Assembly (NCBI RefSeq): GCF_009914755.1
Contig: NC_060934.1
Origin: the human T2T-CHM13v2.0 reference genome, Homo sapiens
DNA: 64,000 bases
Strand: one strand, 5' to 3'
Numbering within the stretch: the stretch's first letter is position 1; every line of letters begins with the position of its first letter. Shown here piece after piece: positions 26,091-40,780 of the stretch. The position numbers and the translations under genes are program-made. Below the pieces are notes generated by a model. The model did not search any database. It saw only the letters and a program-made list of their open reading frames with translations, and was not told the DNA's origin.

Positions 26091-29000
26091 ACATTAATAG
26101 CAATAAACAAGTACTACAGAGCATTTTAAAGATGGAGGCAATGTATGTCTATGTAGGGTAGCAAGGAAGAGCAAACGTCAAACAAGCTTTAGGTCTGGAA
26201 TGGAAGTGTATATTTTAAAACCCACAGAAGAGTGAAAATGGCCCCATGATTTGACACCTAGGTTGGTCTCTCTGGAACTAAGCACCTTTGTCAGTATGGC
26301 TCTTTTCAAACCGTTATATCCTCATCTGTTGATCCCATCCATAACGATCTAAGATACAGATTCCATAGTTTAAGAGCTTAAAGGACCTAAAGATGACAAA
26401 AAGATTAATAAACTGAAGCCAAATAAGTGACTTATTACTAAAATAACACAAGAAATTACTTTTAGCATCAAGACCAGAAGCTAGACCTGCTACTGCTCAG
26501 CTGATGTGCCTTGGACTATGGAAACCTGCCCAAACATAACAACACATGCTGCATAACTTAGCCTATCCAGACTCTATTCATAGATTTGCCATCCTCAAGA
26601 AAGCCAGCATCTTGCATGCCCTAACACACATGGGTTATTTGTTCTTTTCTTCTTTGTGCAGTGAGGTTCAATGGCTGGATGGAATCATCCAGGTGGCAAA
26701 CAGCACAAAGCAAGACAAGCAGTGTAAAGTGCACCGGCCAAAAGGCTGCAGCAACCATGCTGCCCAGACGAAACCACAACTCAGACACAAGCCACCAAAG
26801 CAAAGCAACTCGGCCACAAAGAGTGTAAAATCCCACAAAACGTGTTCATTCAACAGTCTTGATGCCCATCAAGCTGGACAATGTAAAAAGTACTTGTTTA
26901 CTTAAAAGGATCTCAGCAAGTATACTCTAAAACAGATTTTTCAGAGTCACAGAATGATTCTGAATGGATAATCTGAAAATAAGTATGAAGACAGTTCTGT
27001 AATGGATGTATAAGTGAATACTATCTCTGGAAAATCTGCTCTTTGGAGATACTGAGTGCCGCAATTCGATCGGCTAATTCTGGCATCACCTTCCTCCTGA
27101 ACAGTCCCCCAGGACCAAAGAACACAGTGGAATTTGCACTAATGATCCCCAATGGGGCTCCAGGAAGGCTGCATTTTGGATAATAACTTACATGTTGAAG
27201 CAGGTTTGATCATCCTGGTTGAGTGTACTTGCTAAGAATGAATGAATAAAATTTATAATGAAAATAAATATAGAAAGCATTGGGTTTTGATTAAAATACC
27301 CCATATAAAATTAAGTATATCATAGTAAATTAACTCCACTCTTCTCTGCCACACTCTCCCCTTTCTTTGAACAATCTCTTCTGTCTCCATATTAAGTTTC
27401 TATATGGATGGCCATATTCTTTGGTTAATCTGACCTCAATTTATAGCCTCTCTCAATAACTGTTCTCCTCTCCTCTTCCCAGAATTAGTCTTCCTGACTT
27501 AAATTATTATTTAAGTATGTCTTAAAGCATTCCTATTCAAACTAAATACGTAACCAAAAGGAAAGAGCAGGAAGAGTACAACAGAACTACTCATTTTTAC
27601 TCTTTATTCTTTTTCCCTTTACTTTTTCTGGATCCCATCTAAGTAATTTTCAAAATAAGTATCTTAAACGGAAATTATTCTCCTAGTGAACAGGGATCAA
27701 TTTTTGAAGGGGGAGGGAAAAAAACCCACTTTTCTATTGTTATTGTATGTTTGATGGAAAGAAATTCATTGACATATTTTTGGCTTTTGTTTTTAAGTAT
27801 GTAGGACCTTGAAGTTCAGTGAAGGACAAAGTCCAAAAATCATGGTGCCTTAGAATATTTATTACAGTTCTTCTGTAAGATTAAAAGTATTATGCCCGTG
27901 TAAGAATCTTAGTAGTGATTCTTACTTGGTTAAAATCTTAATATTAGCACTTGTTAAAGTCTTCTTCAGACAGTGTTTTTGTTAGCACCGCCCTGAGCAT
28001 GTGGTTGGCTAACAGTGCCATGACAGCAAAATTGGAAGGTATATTCTCAAGGCCACCAGAAGCCCTAGCCCATACCTTCAACTAAATCAAATTAATTTGA
28101 TTACACTGATAGAAAAACAATGACTCATGGTCAAGATGTGGTGGTTAGGAAATGGGACAGAAAGAATCCTCAGTAAAGAGCATCCACCAAATCAAAGACA
28201 TCAGAAAAAAACATTTAAAGCACATCAATTAGCCAATAAAATCCAAGGAAGCCAAGAAGGAATACCGAAAGCCATTTAGGTAACTGTCAACCTTTACCAT
28301 GCATGTTTATCATGCACGTAACAAAACCAAAAAGTGCTCAGAGAAACACCAGCTGAGCTTACCAGAAACACCCATTTACTTTATACTTGAGAAATCAAAA
28401 GAAGCTAAAAAAAAAAAAAAAGAATTAACATTTTGATTAACTTAGAGACACAAAACAAATATAGTTCTCTAATTTCTCCATTTGAGAATTAGGATTAAGA
28501 GGTTTTTTTTTTTTAAGGTATGTATATGTCCAACTTTTCTTAGGTTCAAATTGACTTAAAAATGAGTGGGGAAAAAAGTGGGTAATATACTCAAGAATAC
28601 AAATTGTCAAGAACATAGAGTGTGCACAATTCACGGAATATCCTGAAATTTCTTTAAAATTAGAGTACATTTTTTTCACAATACAAAATGCCGCAAGCTT
28701 TCCTAACTAAAATCCCTATGTGAACTTATTTGCTATAGTGAATAAAAGTTGCCATAGCTTAAAACTGAATATCCTTTTACTGATCCCTTCCCTTCAAGAA
28801 GCATAAAAGGATTGTTATGAACACCATCAAAACTAAAAAGTTGTATTTCATTCACAAAAGCAGGTGTAATTAAAGTCACATAATGTCTTCAGCCACGTAA
28901 ATTCACACTCCCTGCTCCAGAACACGAAGAACACGTGAAGGAAATTACTATGCTGAATTTCATCCAATTTCCAGCCAGATATCAATGTGCAAACTTAATT

Positions 29001-30472
29001 AAAACTGGCGGTTTACCAAGAAGAATCAAATATCAATCCAATGGATGCATGGATGTGTTGTCTTTTTTTTTTTTTTTTTAAGGAAAAAGAAAAAGAAAAA
29101 TCAAGACATCCCAAGCAAAGGATTAACAGAGCTTTGATTGGAATTGAAAGCTATGAGTTAAACAGGTGTTTTGAATGATCACTTTTATTAAAACACAATC
29201 CTCTACATGAAGCTCACTAGATTTTTGAAATTGTTAATTTTAGAATATTGAAAGAAAATGTTTGACTTAACAGGGACTCATAAATCATCAAAGAAGGATG
29301 ACGGCTATTGCATCTGGGAAATTCACTCCTACAGTATTTCCCTTGGTAGCACAAGGTACTATTTTGGTACCAAAAGAAACCTTAGCAACAATCAGGTGCT
29401 CTTTCTGCACACAGAAGAGCACCTCCCAGTTGGGAGATTCATCCCACAGGAGCCTCAGCTTGTTTGTCAACACCAGGTCCTTTTAATGCATGTGAAGCAT
29501 GAAGGGGTCTAAGGACAGCAGCTGTGGGGAAAACAGGCTGGCCAAGACCCACCGCCCCACAAAGGGCTCCGGGAGTGGATTATGCTGATGCTGTGTAGCA
29601 GGGTGGAGTGCCCAGTGACCCGTGCAGAGCCTAGGGGATTGCCTGTCCTCTGTGTGGAGTTCTGCTGAAAGAGACAATGATGGGCACATCCTAATATCCA
29701 GGCTTCTCACTGGATCCAATTTATTTACCTTCTCCTCCGCCTGGGAAAATGGAATCTAAACGGGGTGATTGACACTACGTTGCTTAAACATGGCTCAGTT
29801 TTGTATTCCCTAATGCAAAGTGGAAATAAAGTGCGGATGAAACAGAGAAGCAGTTGCAGTGAGATGAAAGGGAATGATGTTTAATATTCTACATAAACAT
29901 AGAGCAAGGATGTGGAGCCCAATGAGACCTAGTGGGAAAATAACAGGCAAAAAAGTAATAAACAGTTCTAAGAACTGAGAGAAATATTTGGGAGAAATAT
30001 AAAATTTTATTCATATTCCATTTTGAAAAAAAAATTTAATGCCTCCAATTACATTATCAAGCCTTATCAGCTCAACAAATGGTAATATATGCTTGTGTAG
30101 CAGCAGTATTTTTAAAATTTGTCATCTTAAACCTTGTTGTAGAGTCTATTATATCCTATGACATATGATGCTGCAGACAGAGCAGTTTTAGACTCGGAGG
30201 GTACTCTGGAGACCACCTAATCTAACCCCCTCATTTTATAAATGAAGAGACTGAGGCCAAGGTCATTCATGGAAAAGCTGGGTGAAACTCCAGGGACTTC
30301 CTAGCTTCTACCCACAGCCTGCAGAACAGGGTCCTGGCTTAACAAGGCCACTCTCTGCCACTACAGAGTCTGTCTCAGTAAATAGATCTACATTAACACG
30401 CTGACATTGACATAAGAGTGAATTTTTGTTCTGTTATATAGATTTCATGTTTACTTAACATATACCTGATCA

Positions 30473-30798
<326 letters not shown>

Positions 30799-30929
30799 AC
30801 CTTCTCTTTTGAATGCCCAGCTCACCACCCACATCTCACCCTTCCCTGAACCCCAGATCTACCTGGTTACCACAGGAGTGATGATTCTATATGTCTGTGA
30901 CCCTATTCTCTGGCCATCACAGGGTTCTC

Positions 30930-31310
30930 TACTCTGCAGCCAGAATTGTTCAGGGCTGGCCAAGGCTGGCCCCAAGCCCAAGCAGACCAATGAGTTTTCT
31001 TTCCAGGATCTGACCTTCGGACTTTCACGCAGGACTCTTCCCATAATTTAATGATGAGATATAAAGAATGGACACAGTCACTGTTCACCAAAATTTGGCC
31101 TGGAGGAGGCAGAGATGCGGATGGAAGCAGAGGTGAGAAACAGAGAGGTCCTGGCGGCATTTGCATCCCTGGTTCCAGCTGCACTGTGGGCTCAGCCACA
31201 TCCCTTGCTCCACATCCTAGCTCGGGCCTCCAGAATGCACCCTCGGATCCTGGAGACAAAGCTCTCTTTCTGCTTAGTCTGAATTGGGTTTCTGTCACTT
31301 ACAACCTCAG
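30930..31310 (+). mobile_element. Old MaLR LTR (MLT1J/K-like)
   Basis: gaccaatgag..., ccctggttccagctg..., 3' motif ctgcttagtctgaattgggtttctgtcacttacaacc. Confidence 0.65.
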
Positions 31311-31623
31311 TCCTATAGCACTTTCAAGTTTCATTGAATTTTGCTTTGAAGATACTTAGCACCTAGTGTGTGGTTTGAGGCAAACCAATTTATTTTGGCA
31401 AATAAAATCATACCAACAAAGAATACTAGGATAGGCTGGAAAAATCAACCTTGTCACTCAGAATGTCACTAATAGGTATTCAATTTATTAAGATAAATAA
31501 TTAAACATAACTTTACCACTTGCAACTTGAGAAATTTTAAATATATATTCTTAAATTAGGAGTATCTATAACAGTGTATTTATAAACAGATCATGTGTGT
31601 CTGTATGTATATTTATATGTGTA

Positions 31624-31681
31624 TTTATAAACAGATCAGTGTGTGTGTCTCTATATACACACACACTGATCTGTTTATAAA
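31624..31681. repeat. Perfect inverted repeat, 25-bp arms, 8-nt spacer
   Basis: tttataaacagatcagtgtgtgtgt (31624-31648) / ctctatat / acacacacactgatctgtttataaa (31657-31681). Confidence 0.97.
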
Positions 31682-32257
31682 CAGATCTATAATAGAACAG
31701 TGTATTTATAGCACATCAAAACGATAGTTAGAACAGGTTTGCCTCTTATAGAGTTAAGACAATGACACATTCACATGAAAAGATCTAGGGCTTGGAAAAG
31801 ACCAACAAAGTCTCTGTGGTCCAGGTAAGAGAAGGAAATTGGTCTTGTTCATTCTAACCTCCAACAATCTTCAGACCTTCCTAGATAGTAATTCATGTAT
31901 TTTAGCTTCATTCCTGCCAAGAAGTTTTCTTTTGTCAATGTAAACATCTCTGATTACATCTTAAGTCTCTTTCCTCTAGTCTGTCTGCTGTGGAGATGAG
32001 GAGAAGCTCATCACGCTCCTGAATATGAGACCTGGGATTACCTGCCTCTTTCATTAAGCAATTTTCAAAAGGCTCCAGCACCAAGGAGGAGGAGTGGAAA
32101 CACCTAGTTCTCCCTGTGGGTGATGGACACCTCATCAGGATGGGGACAGACTGAGGACTTGGCTCCTGGAGCTCCAGTTTTCCCAACTCCAAGTCTCGGG
32201 CCCCTTCTTCCCACCCATCTCCTCATCCCTCTCTCACCAATTACTAACTCCCTTGCC

Positions 32258-32474
32258 TACAGTTTGCCAGACTACATCCTATGGGCAAATCTGGCCGCTG
32301 GCTGCTTTTGTCAATAACGTTTTATTGGAACAGAGCCAGGCCCATTGATTTGTGTTATCTATGGCTGTGTTCGTGCTATGATAGAAGTTTGAGTCACTGA
32401 CAGAAACTGTATGGCCTAAATACAGTGCCTAAAATACTTACTGTCTTTTTGCAGAAAAAGTTTGCTCACCCTTA
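32258..32474. mobile_element. hAT-Charlie MITE (MER58A-like)
   Basis: gggcaaatctggcc...gttttattggaacagagcca...tatggctg...gtatggcc...cctaaaatacttact...cagaaaaagtttgctcaccc. Confidence 0.8.
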
Positions 32475-32849
32475 GATCTGTCTTAGGAAGGCAGATTAAT
32501 CCCACCAGGCCTTCCATCCCTGTTTAATTCAGATGTTACAAGAATTCTAGCCACCAGCTCGCTCCATTCCCCTCCAAAGATTGCCTAACCTGACCCAGCT
32601 GACCTGAACCTTTGCCATCCCAGGCCCCCAAATCCCTCCATGGGGCTCTCCAAGAGTCATAATTTCTCATCAGCAAAAATTAACCTAACGCTGAACCTTT
32701 ATCTTTTCATGCCAGCCAAATTCTGATTGTCCCCAAGGACCACACTTCCCTTGCAGCCCCCCTCAAGTATTTTTTTCTTCTGCGCAGGAACCACAGAACC
32801 AGAAGATGGGGTAGGTGCCTTGTGCTCCTCCTGACCAATCCCACACCCC

Positions 32850-33885
32850 CATTCTCTCCTCCTCCCTGAAGCGGTCATCCCCTCTGAAACACCTACCATC
32901 ACATTACACCACGCCTCTGCCTCTTGGAAGGCTCCTGGCCACTTCCCCTTCCCTTGGAGGGTTTATCATCCTCCAGAACCCAGCCTGCCCCACCATCTGC
33001 AGTGCAATGGCTCTCACTTTTTAAAACATTTCTAGCCCTAATCTCTCCACTGAATTCTAAACTCCTGCTAATCACCATCCCCAGCTGGATCTCTAACAAG
33101 CATCCCCAAAACTAAACAACACGTAAATATGAAGTCCTGTTCTCCCCTGGCCTGCAACCAGCTCCTGCTCACCCCTCCCTCTCTCAGCCAGTGGGACCTC
33201 CACGCACAGAGTAGCACCTCCATGCACAGAGTAGCTTGGGCCCAAACTCCCGGAGTTGACTCTGACTCCCCTCTCACCCTGCAGTCAAGTCTTCAGCAAA
33301 TCTGTGGGCTCTTTATTCAAAACATGCCCCAAATCAGCCACTTCTCTCCACCACTGCCTCTCTCTTCAAAGCCATCAGCATGATTCTGCAGATGGCGGCA
33401 AAGCCTCCTGGGAGGTCTTGGCTTATCAGTTCCACACCTTGCAGCCCAGGGCATCCTATGCAGAACATCAAGCTAATTATTTCACATCCCTGCCCAACTC
33501 CTCTACAAGTCCTCACCTTGGCTAAACTCCTGCCTGGTTTGCCCATGGCTAGTCTGTCAGGCTTCGGTCCCCACCTCACTTCCCAGTCTCTCACCTCAAG
33601 TCTCCTCTCAAATGCCACCTTAGCAGATGGGGCTCCCCTCACCACCCTATCCAGATGGCACCCACCACTCTAATCTCCTTCCCTAGCACTTGGTAGCACC
33701 TGACTTGACAACTTACTTTGTTCATTTTTAACATTTTCTCTCCGCCTCCTAGAATGTAAGACAGGACAGTAGGGATCTAGTCTGTGTGTCTATTTTTTCC
33801 CTAGTGTGTATCTTCTAGGACCTACACTTGTGCCAGGTAATTAGTGGACAGGCCATAAATATTCAATAAATAAATGAACTAAATG
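32850..33885 (+). mobile_element. L2 LINE fragments including 3' end
   Basis: Pyrimidine-rich L2-like sequence ending ctagaatgtaag...ccataaatattcaataaataaatgaa. Confidence 0.65.
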
Positions 33886-34299
33886 AACCAACCAAGTCAC
33901 CATTATTTGTTTCATGGCAACTTGCCCTAACTGGAGAAGAAAAAGAACTGCTTCGGTTAATTTCCAGATACTCCTAGAAATTCCCAATCCATAAGAGTCA
34001 GTAAATTCGCAAGACAGTTTTCTAAGACTTACTGCCTACCCCCTTCCCCCTATGCTGGGGACTTACTAAAAGAGCAAAGAAATATTAAACTATCAGGTAG
34101 AACCAAATCACTATAATTGGTCAGAATTGACTTTTAAAATACCAAAATTTTGATCTTTTAAAATTTTGATTCTCCACACTAGGTTGAAGCAACTCATTTT
34201 GAAAACTCAATTTTTTTAAATGGGTGACGATGACAAAAAAATATTAATGCTCACGTATAACACCACTAGTGTGTCTGGTTAGTTATTAAAAATGAATTA

Positions 34300-34627
<328 letters not shown>

Positions 34628-34722
34628 ATTAGTTTTGAAGGAATGAAAACAAGTAGAATACTGTAAACTTTGTTAAAGTAACAAGTGGAAAATGTCTTGA
34701 AAAACATGAAGATAGTACTTAA

Positions 34723-35097
<375 letters not shown>

Positions 35098-36322
35098 TGA
35101 TCAATCTGCCTGAGAAAAGGGGTCAGCCTGGCAGTGCACAGTAACAGATGAACAAAGAAGACTACATCTGAAAGACAACTTTCCTACAGACACAAGGAAG
35201 AAAACAGGCTTCTCTGCTTTCTGTAGGCAGGTACTTTGGTCACCAAGAACCCACCTTTGGGGATGTGATGTGCCTCTCGATGAAGACATTGCTTGTCCCT
35301 AAAGTTGGCTGGAGAATGAGACAAGAGGAATAGAGAAAGGGAGATTAAGATTTCCTTGGACTTTTGTCTATAGTCTTACTTTTAAAAATAATTCTCATGG
35401 CCTTTTGCTGCATTTTTATTCTTTCCTTTCACACAAGAGAGCTTATCAACAGCTCTGACAGCTCATTTCGTATTTGGTTTCTGGTTATCTTGTACTCATC
35501 TAATAGGTGGTAGTGGTGGTTTTCAGTTCACACATTTTTCTTACAAACAGCCTTGCTCTCTGAAAAGACAGGAAGCAGACTAGTATGGATGGCAAAAAAA
35601 AAACAAAAATCAAGACCACCCTTACTTCTGCTGAGAATAGTTGTTTAGAAGGCTAATTTGGTTATCAGAGAGTAAAAGCCACAGTATACAACCTGCGTTT
35701 GTAACTTGGGAGGGACACTTTGTCTTCCCTTTCTGAAGGCAAGCCAAAGTGGGCCCCAGGATCTCCAGTGGGGAGCACTGTTGTTTGCACCCACCTGTGG
35801 AGTCTGAGAGTCAGGACTGTCTTAAAGACAAAGTTTATCTAGTTAGATCCTTCTTAAGATAGGTTGGCTGATATATCCTTTTCCTTAATTACTACTTTCT
35901 ATTGTATGCATATTAAGTAGAACTCTAATGCTTCCTTCAGCAAAAACTCTTCAAGACAAAACAAAACAAAACAAAAAAAAACAAACCAGGATGCAAGCTG
36001 ACTAGGCTGTCAACCTGGCTGATCCATGGGTGTTTTCTCTCACTGAAACAAACAGAATTGTTTACTTCTACTACAAAGTTTTTTCAAAGAAAGATGGAAA
36101 GCTGCTTTTTAAATGAGGCTTTATTGCTCTCTGGCCAAAGCAGAATAGGAAATGCAAGGCTTCGTAACTACTATTATTATTACTCTCATTATTTCATGGG
36201 CTCTAAGTTGCCTATTAAAAGTGTGTATGTGTGCCCATGTGCCATTTTTGGTAGCAAGATACAGGGTAGGAGAATCAAATTCTAAGTCTCATCAGACAAT
36301 TCAGTATCTAGTCTCTAAATAC

Positions 36323-36365
36323 TGTGTGTGTGTGTGTGTGTGTGTGCACGCGCGTGTGCGTGTGT
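36323..36365. repeat. (TG)n/(CG)n alternating purine-pyrimidine tract
   Basis: (tg)12 cacgcgcgtgtgcgtgtgt; uninterrupted alternation over 43 bp. Confidence 0.95.
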
Positions 36366-39269
36366 TTTCAAGCTCTGTCTTAAAGCAAATATGTTAACTA
36401 TTTTGTGAAAGGCTTGTGGGACCAGAGGAGGAGGCAGGGAAGCAGATAAGAAAGTGAAAGGACCGAGGTGGAGAAAAACAGGCTCTCCTGGGATTTGATG
36501 GCAGAGGCATCCCATCTTAAACACCATCAGAGAGTCATGAGATCTACACAACATGGACAACAATAACATAGGCCACAACAGTAACTCAATCTGCATTCAA
36601 CAACATGGAAAAACAAAGTGACTGGTGTGATAGATGACATGAAACACTCTCCTCCCAATCAGCTATCACATCTTTGTTCCAAGTAACAAGGAAAAGGCCT
36701 CAGAAAGGTCACAGAAGACAGGATTGTGGGGACTTTCTTCACATCAGGTCCACTGGGGAAGTGGCATATTAAACCACAGTAAATGACCCAATGAAAACAG
36801 GCTACTGGCAACAAGTACATGCAAGCGACCCTTTGGGATTTTACACGGCAGAAAACTCACCATTAGCCCTGGAAGCAGAGAGCTGGGAAAAACAAAAGAA
36901 AAACAATGTGTGAAAAGAAATAAGATCTTCCAAGAAAAGCATTTAGAAGATAAAAATAAAACATCGACAACATCTCAGCCACTGGATCTCTACTTTTGTT
37001 ATCTAAAGACCTTCCTGAATCCTTTCCTACGTCTACCCATTCTTCAAGGCTGTTCAGACTTTATTTCCTTCCTCCTCAAAGCCTTCCTGGAATATTCAAG
37101 CCCTGACTTATCTTCCTTCCAGTCTCTGTCCTTTCAGAGTTAACACACAATTCACTCTGTTTAAATATACAGTTTTCTCTCTTCTTTCCTGCAAAGGTTG
37201 TATCTTAAAATATGCTAAGTAAAAAGAAAAAAAAAGTACCAAATAATGAGTGAGAATATGTACAGAAAATATTCAGACAACCAAAAAACTCAATTAAGGA
37301 CGGTGTGGGGAGAGTTAATTCCTTAAGTCTGCTTAGTAGTTACTCTGTGACTCCTTTATTAGCTGACATTAAATGGCCCTCTGGTTATTACAGTATCAAA
37401 GAAGAGGAAAAGTAATCTGAAGAATATTTCTTCCATGGGACAACTTCATTATTATTCTTCAATTTTTATGAATGTCTTTGAAAATCTTTAACCACTTGTT
37501 ACAGATAATGAATATTTTGCCTTTTCCAAGTATTTTCCTCAGACTGGAAAACACTCTTCCTGTCATTTCATACTATCTCTGATTTTGCAGGAGGAGCCCT
37601 GAAACATGTGACCTTTTCTTATGCAGTTTATCTCCAGGAAGAACAGAAAACTGATTAACCACAATCAGACATTAAAAAAATTCCCTGGCTCTTGTGGTCT
37701 GAAACAGGCACATTTCCTTCACACGCTTCAAGGAAACAATTGAATGTAACTATTTAAAACATACTCCCAAGCTTAATGAGCAAGAAGCAACTTTGCCAGA
37801 CCACAATGTCTTTAAGAGATCAATTTGGCCAATGAAGACTAGAGAGGATACACATTCCTGAAACAGAAAGCAATTCAGAGATACTTGTGATCATCAGAAC
37901 GTAGCCCAAAGCCATGCCATTTGCTTGGGGGCAGAAAGCACATTCTAGGACATCAGTATCATACTTTCAAGAATTAACCCTCTGATTTCCCATAAAATAC
38001 CAGTTTTTAGAGCCAGAAAGCACTAATAAAAATAATTTACTAATCTGGGCACTGGAATATTTTCACTAATAGTTCAAATTTGAGTTTAGCTATATGTCAT
38101 CAATTTATAAGAATAAAAATTTATCCAAAACTTCTTGCTGTTGCATGCATTTGTTTAATGGATTCTCTAGAAGGCTTCGCCAGATTCTAAATGTTCCATC
38201 ATACATTTATTCACCAGTTATCAAGCAACTTATGAATAATTTAACATGTTCCTGTATTCCACGATCAGATGGGTCTATAATGTCTGTTTCTTTCTCCTTT
38301 GACTATAGATTTTCCAGCTCCCCAAAAGTTTCTTTATTGTTTTAAGTTCACACTTTTAAAATATTAACTTGGCTGTCAAATGAATCATCTTCCACATAAA
38401 AGGGCTGAGTGAGTGGAGTTACTGTTGAACTTGAGAAAAACCCCTGAGCCAAAACACGTGTCAAACGGCCATCTCTTTTCCACCTAAGCGCCAAGTTGCA
38501 CCCGGCACAGTGCAAGGGGCCAAGAGCAGGAGAAGAAAACATGCTCCCTGTCCTCCAGGAGCTAATAAAATAACTAGTGGGTGACACTGCAGACACAAGG
38601 AAGGAAGAAGTCTGAAAGCATTAGCACACACAGGCTCATGGTTAACCCGAACATCCTGACTTAGCTCACCTCCAAGGGAGGGGCATGCTCCCTCAGCGGC
38701 AAGACCAGGAACGGGGTGGACAGCTACATAATGGGACAGATTTACTCAGTAAGAGGGATGGCCATACCCACATCAGTCTCCTCGCTAAATTACACAGCAC
38801 AGGCAGGTGGAAGGACCTGCCCCCAGGAAAAATACTTATGTAGATTCATTCTTCAGCAAACGATATCAGCCCTACTTTTTTCCTCTATTTCCTTTATGGC
38901 CATTCATATCCCTCTCCCATCCCACCAGGTACAAAAGTTCCCCTGTATCGCTGCAAGAGAATGGCAGGAACACCCAGAGTTCATGGTTCTATCTGCCTTC
39001 CTCATTAGTCCATCAACTCCTTGGGGACAGGGACTGTGTATCTCCCCAGAACCCATCCATGGGATTTGGCTCAAACATTTGACCAATAAAACTAAGTGTG
39101 TGTCCAAAAATCTTCTAGGCTATTCCAGAATCCCAAGTGGCCTGCCTTGTGGGCCACTCCCTTAGGGACTTCCCAGGTGACCCAGCTCTGATGATCTATC
39201 AGAGGTATTTACAAGCAGGTGTGAAGGTTTTACAGTCATATCACTTACCGTTTTTTAGCCTCAGTTTTC

Positions 39270-39466
39270 TTTTTTCTGAGACTGGGTCTCCCTTTGTCAC
39301 CCAGACTGGAGTATATAGTGACATGGCCACAGCTCACAGCAACTTCGACTTCCCGGGCTCAAGGGATCCTCCAGCCTCAGCCTCCGGAGTAGCTGGGACT
39401 ACAGGGGCATGACACTACACCCAGCTAATTTTTGTAGAGATGGGGTTTTGCCATGTTGCCCAGGCT
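39270..39466 (-). mobile_element. 5'-truncated Alu inserted in a MIR
   Basis: Reverse Alu right arm; 12-bp TSD gcctcagttttc at 39258-39269 and 39467-39478, which is the MIR core motif. Confidence 0.9.
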
Positions 39467-39879
39467 GCCTCAGTTTTCATAACTATAAAATGGAAGAAGG
39501 AATATCTGCCCTATGTAGTCCACCATGAAAATACAGAGCACTCTATAAACAAGAGAACCTATTTGAGCTCAATTTTACTGTGATATTGTGAACAAGCTGG
39601 ACTTCTCGCTTCAATATATACTCTCACTTAGGTGCCACTCGCGGTATAGCAAGAAAGTTAATGTTCTCAACAGAGATAAACTCATTCTTTATTTTAAATT
39701 AACTTCTCCAGGCACAGCCTAGCTGCTAGCAGGATGAGATACATGAACCAACTTCTATACTTTCTAGAAATGGTCTATTTCCAAACAAAAAGATTACTTC
39801 CTAAACTAGATGGAGAGTTTCTTCTTTTTGGAAATCTACTGGTTTTTTTTTTCCCCTACCTTTTACTGGCTGGCTGTTC

Positions 39880-40780
39880 CTGCTCTAGCCTGCTTCTACA
39901 TGTCCAAGTGGTCTGGCTCGAGCCACCTCAGGCCACAGCCTCTCAAGCCTACCTGGTTCACCACCGGACTTTAAATCTCATCTGGAAGTGACAGCTCCCA
40001 GATTTGTAGCTCTAGCTCCTACCCACTCTCTGAGCTCCAGACTTCCACGACCAATGGCTTTCTTAACATCTCCATTTAGAGGGCTAAAAAGGCACTCTTA
40101 CCACAAAGTTAATTATGCCAGAAAACCATGCCCTGAGTCTGGATGAGTGGATGTCTAGTTTCTCTCCACCTCCTAAGCCCCACCAGCTATCTGGACTCAC
40201 TAAGTCTGTCCACCAAGCAGACCCTTAACTGGTCTCCTGCCTTTCACTCTGTCCCTCCTCCAAGCCTTTCTCCCAATTGAGGCGGCTGTGATTGTTTAAA
40301 AGCACTCATCTGCCACTATTCCCAGCCTCAAAAGATGACTTCCAATTGCTCTTAGGAAAAATCCTTTTGGTGACCTCAAAGCCCTACCTGACCCCACCTT
40401 GTCCCCAACTCTATGCCCTGTGGCCTTTCACTCCGATCACCCCGGCCTTTGCTCTGTTCTCCCAGCGAGCCTGGGGCCTCCCACGCAGCAACTCTGCCTG
40501 GAATTCTCTCACTCCCTCACTCTGCTTCTCCTGGCCAGCTCTCAGCTTAGATGCATCTTCCTCCAGGAGACTTCCTAGGCGTCCACACCACCTCCACTTT
40601 AGACTCTGTCCCCTTATTATTTACTTCTAAGCATTGTGAACCTGTCTTTTAGCCTTATGCAGTTGTCATCATTGGTATTTGTATGATGTATCTGACATCT
40701 GTCTCCCGGACAGTGGAACCGGTGAGAGCAAGGCCACGACTACTGAGGTCTGTGCTGGTGCCCGGGAGGCAGCTCAGTGG
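39880..40780 (+). mobile_element. L2 LINE fragments
   Basis: tcccagatttgtagctctagc...tctctgagctccagact..., ctctgcctggaattctct..., tcagcttagatgcatcttcctccagg. Confidence 0.6.

Noticed and set aside
29258-29512. Cluster of short ORFs on both strands
   Set aside because: No recognisable protein and no matching donor/acceptor pair.
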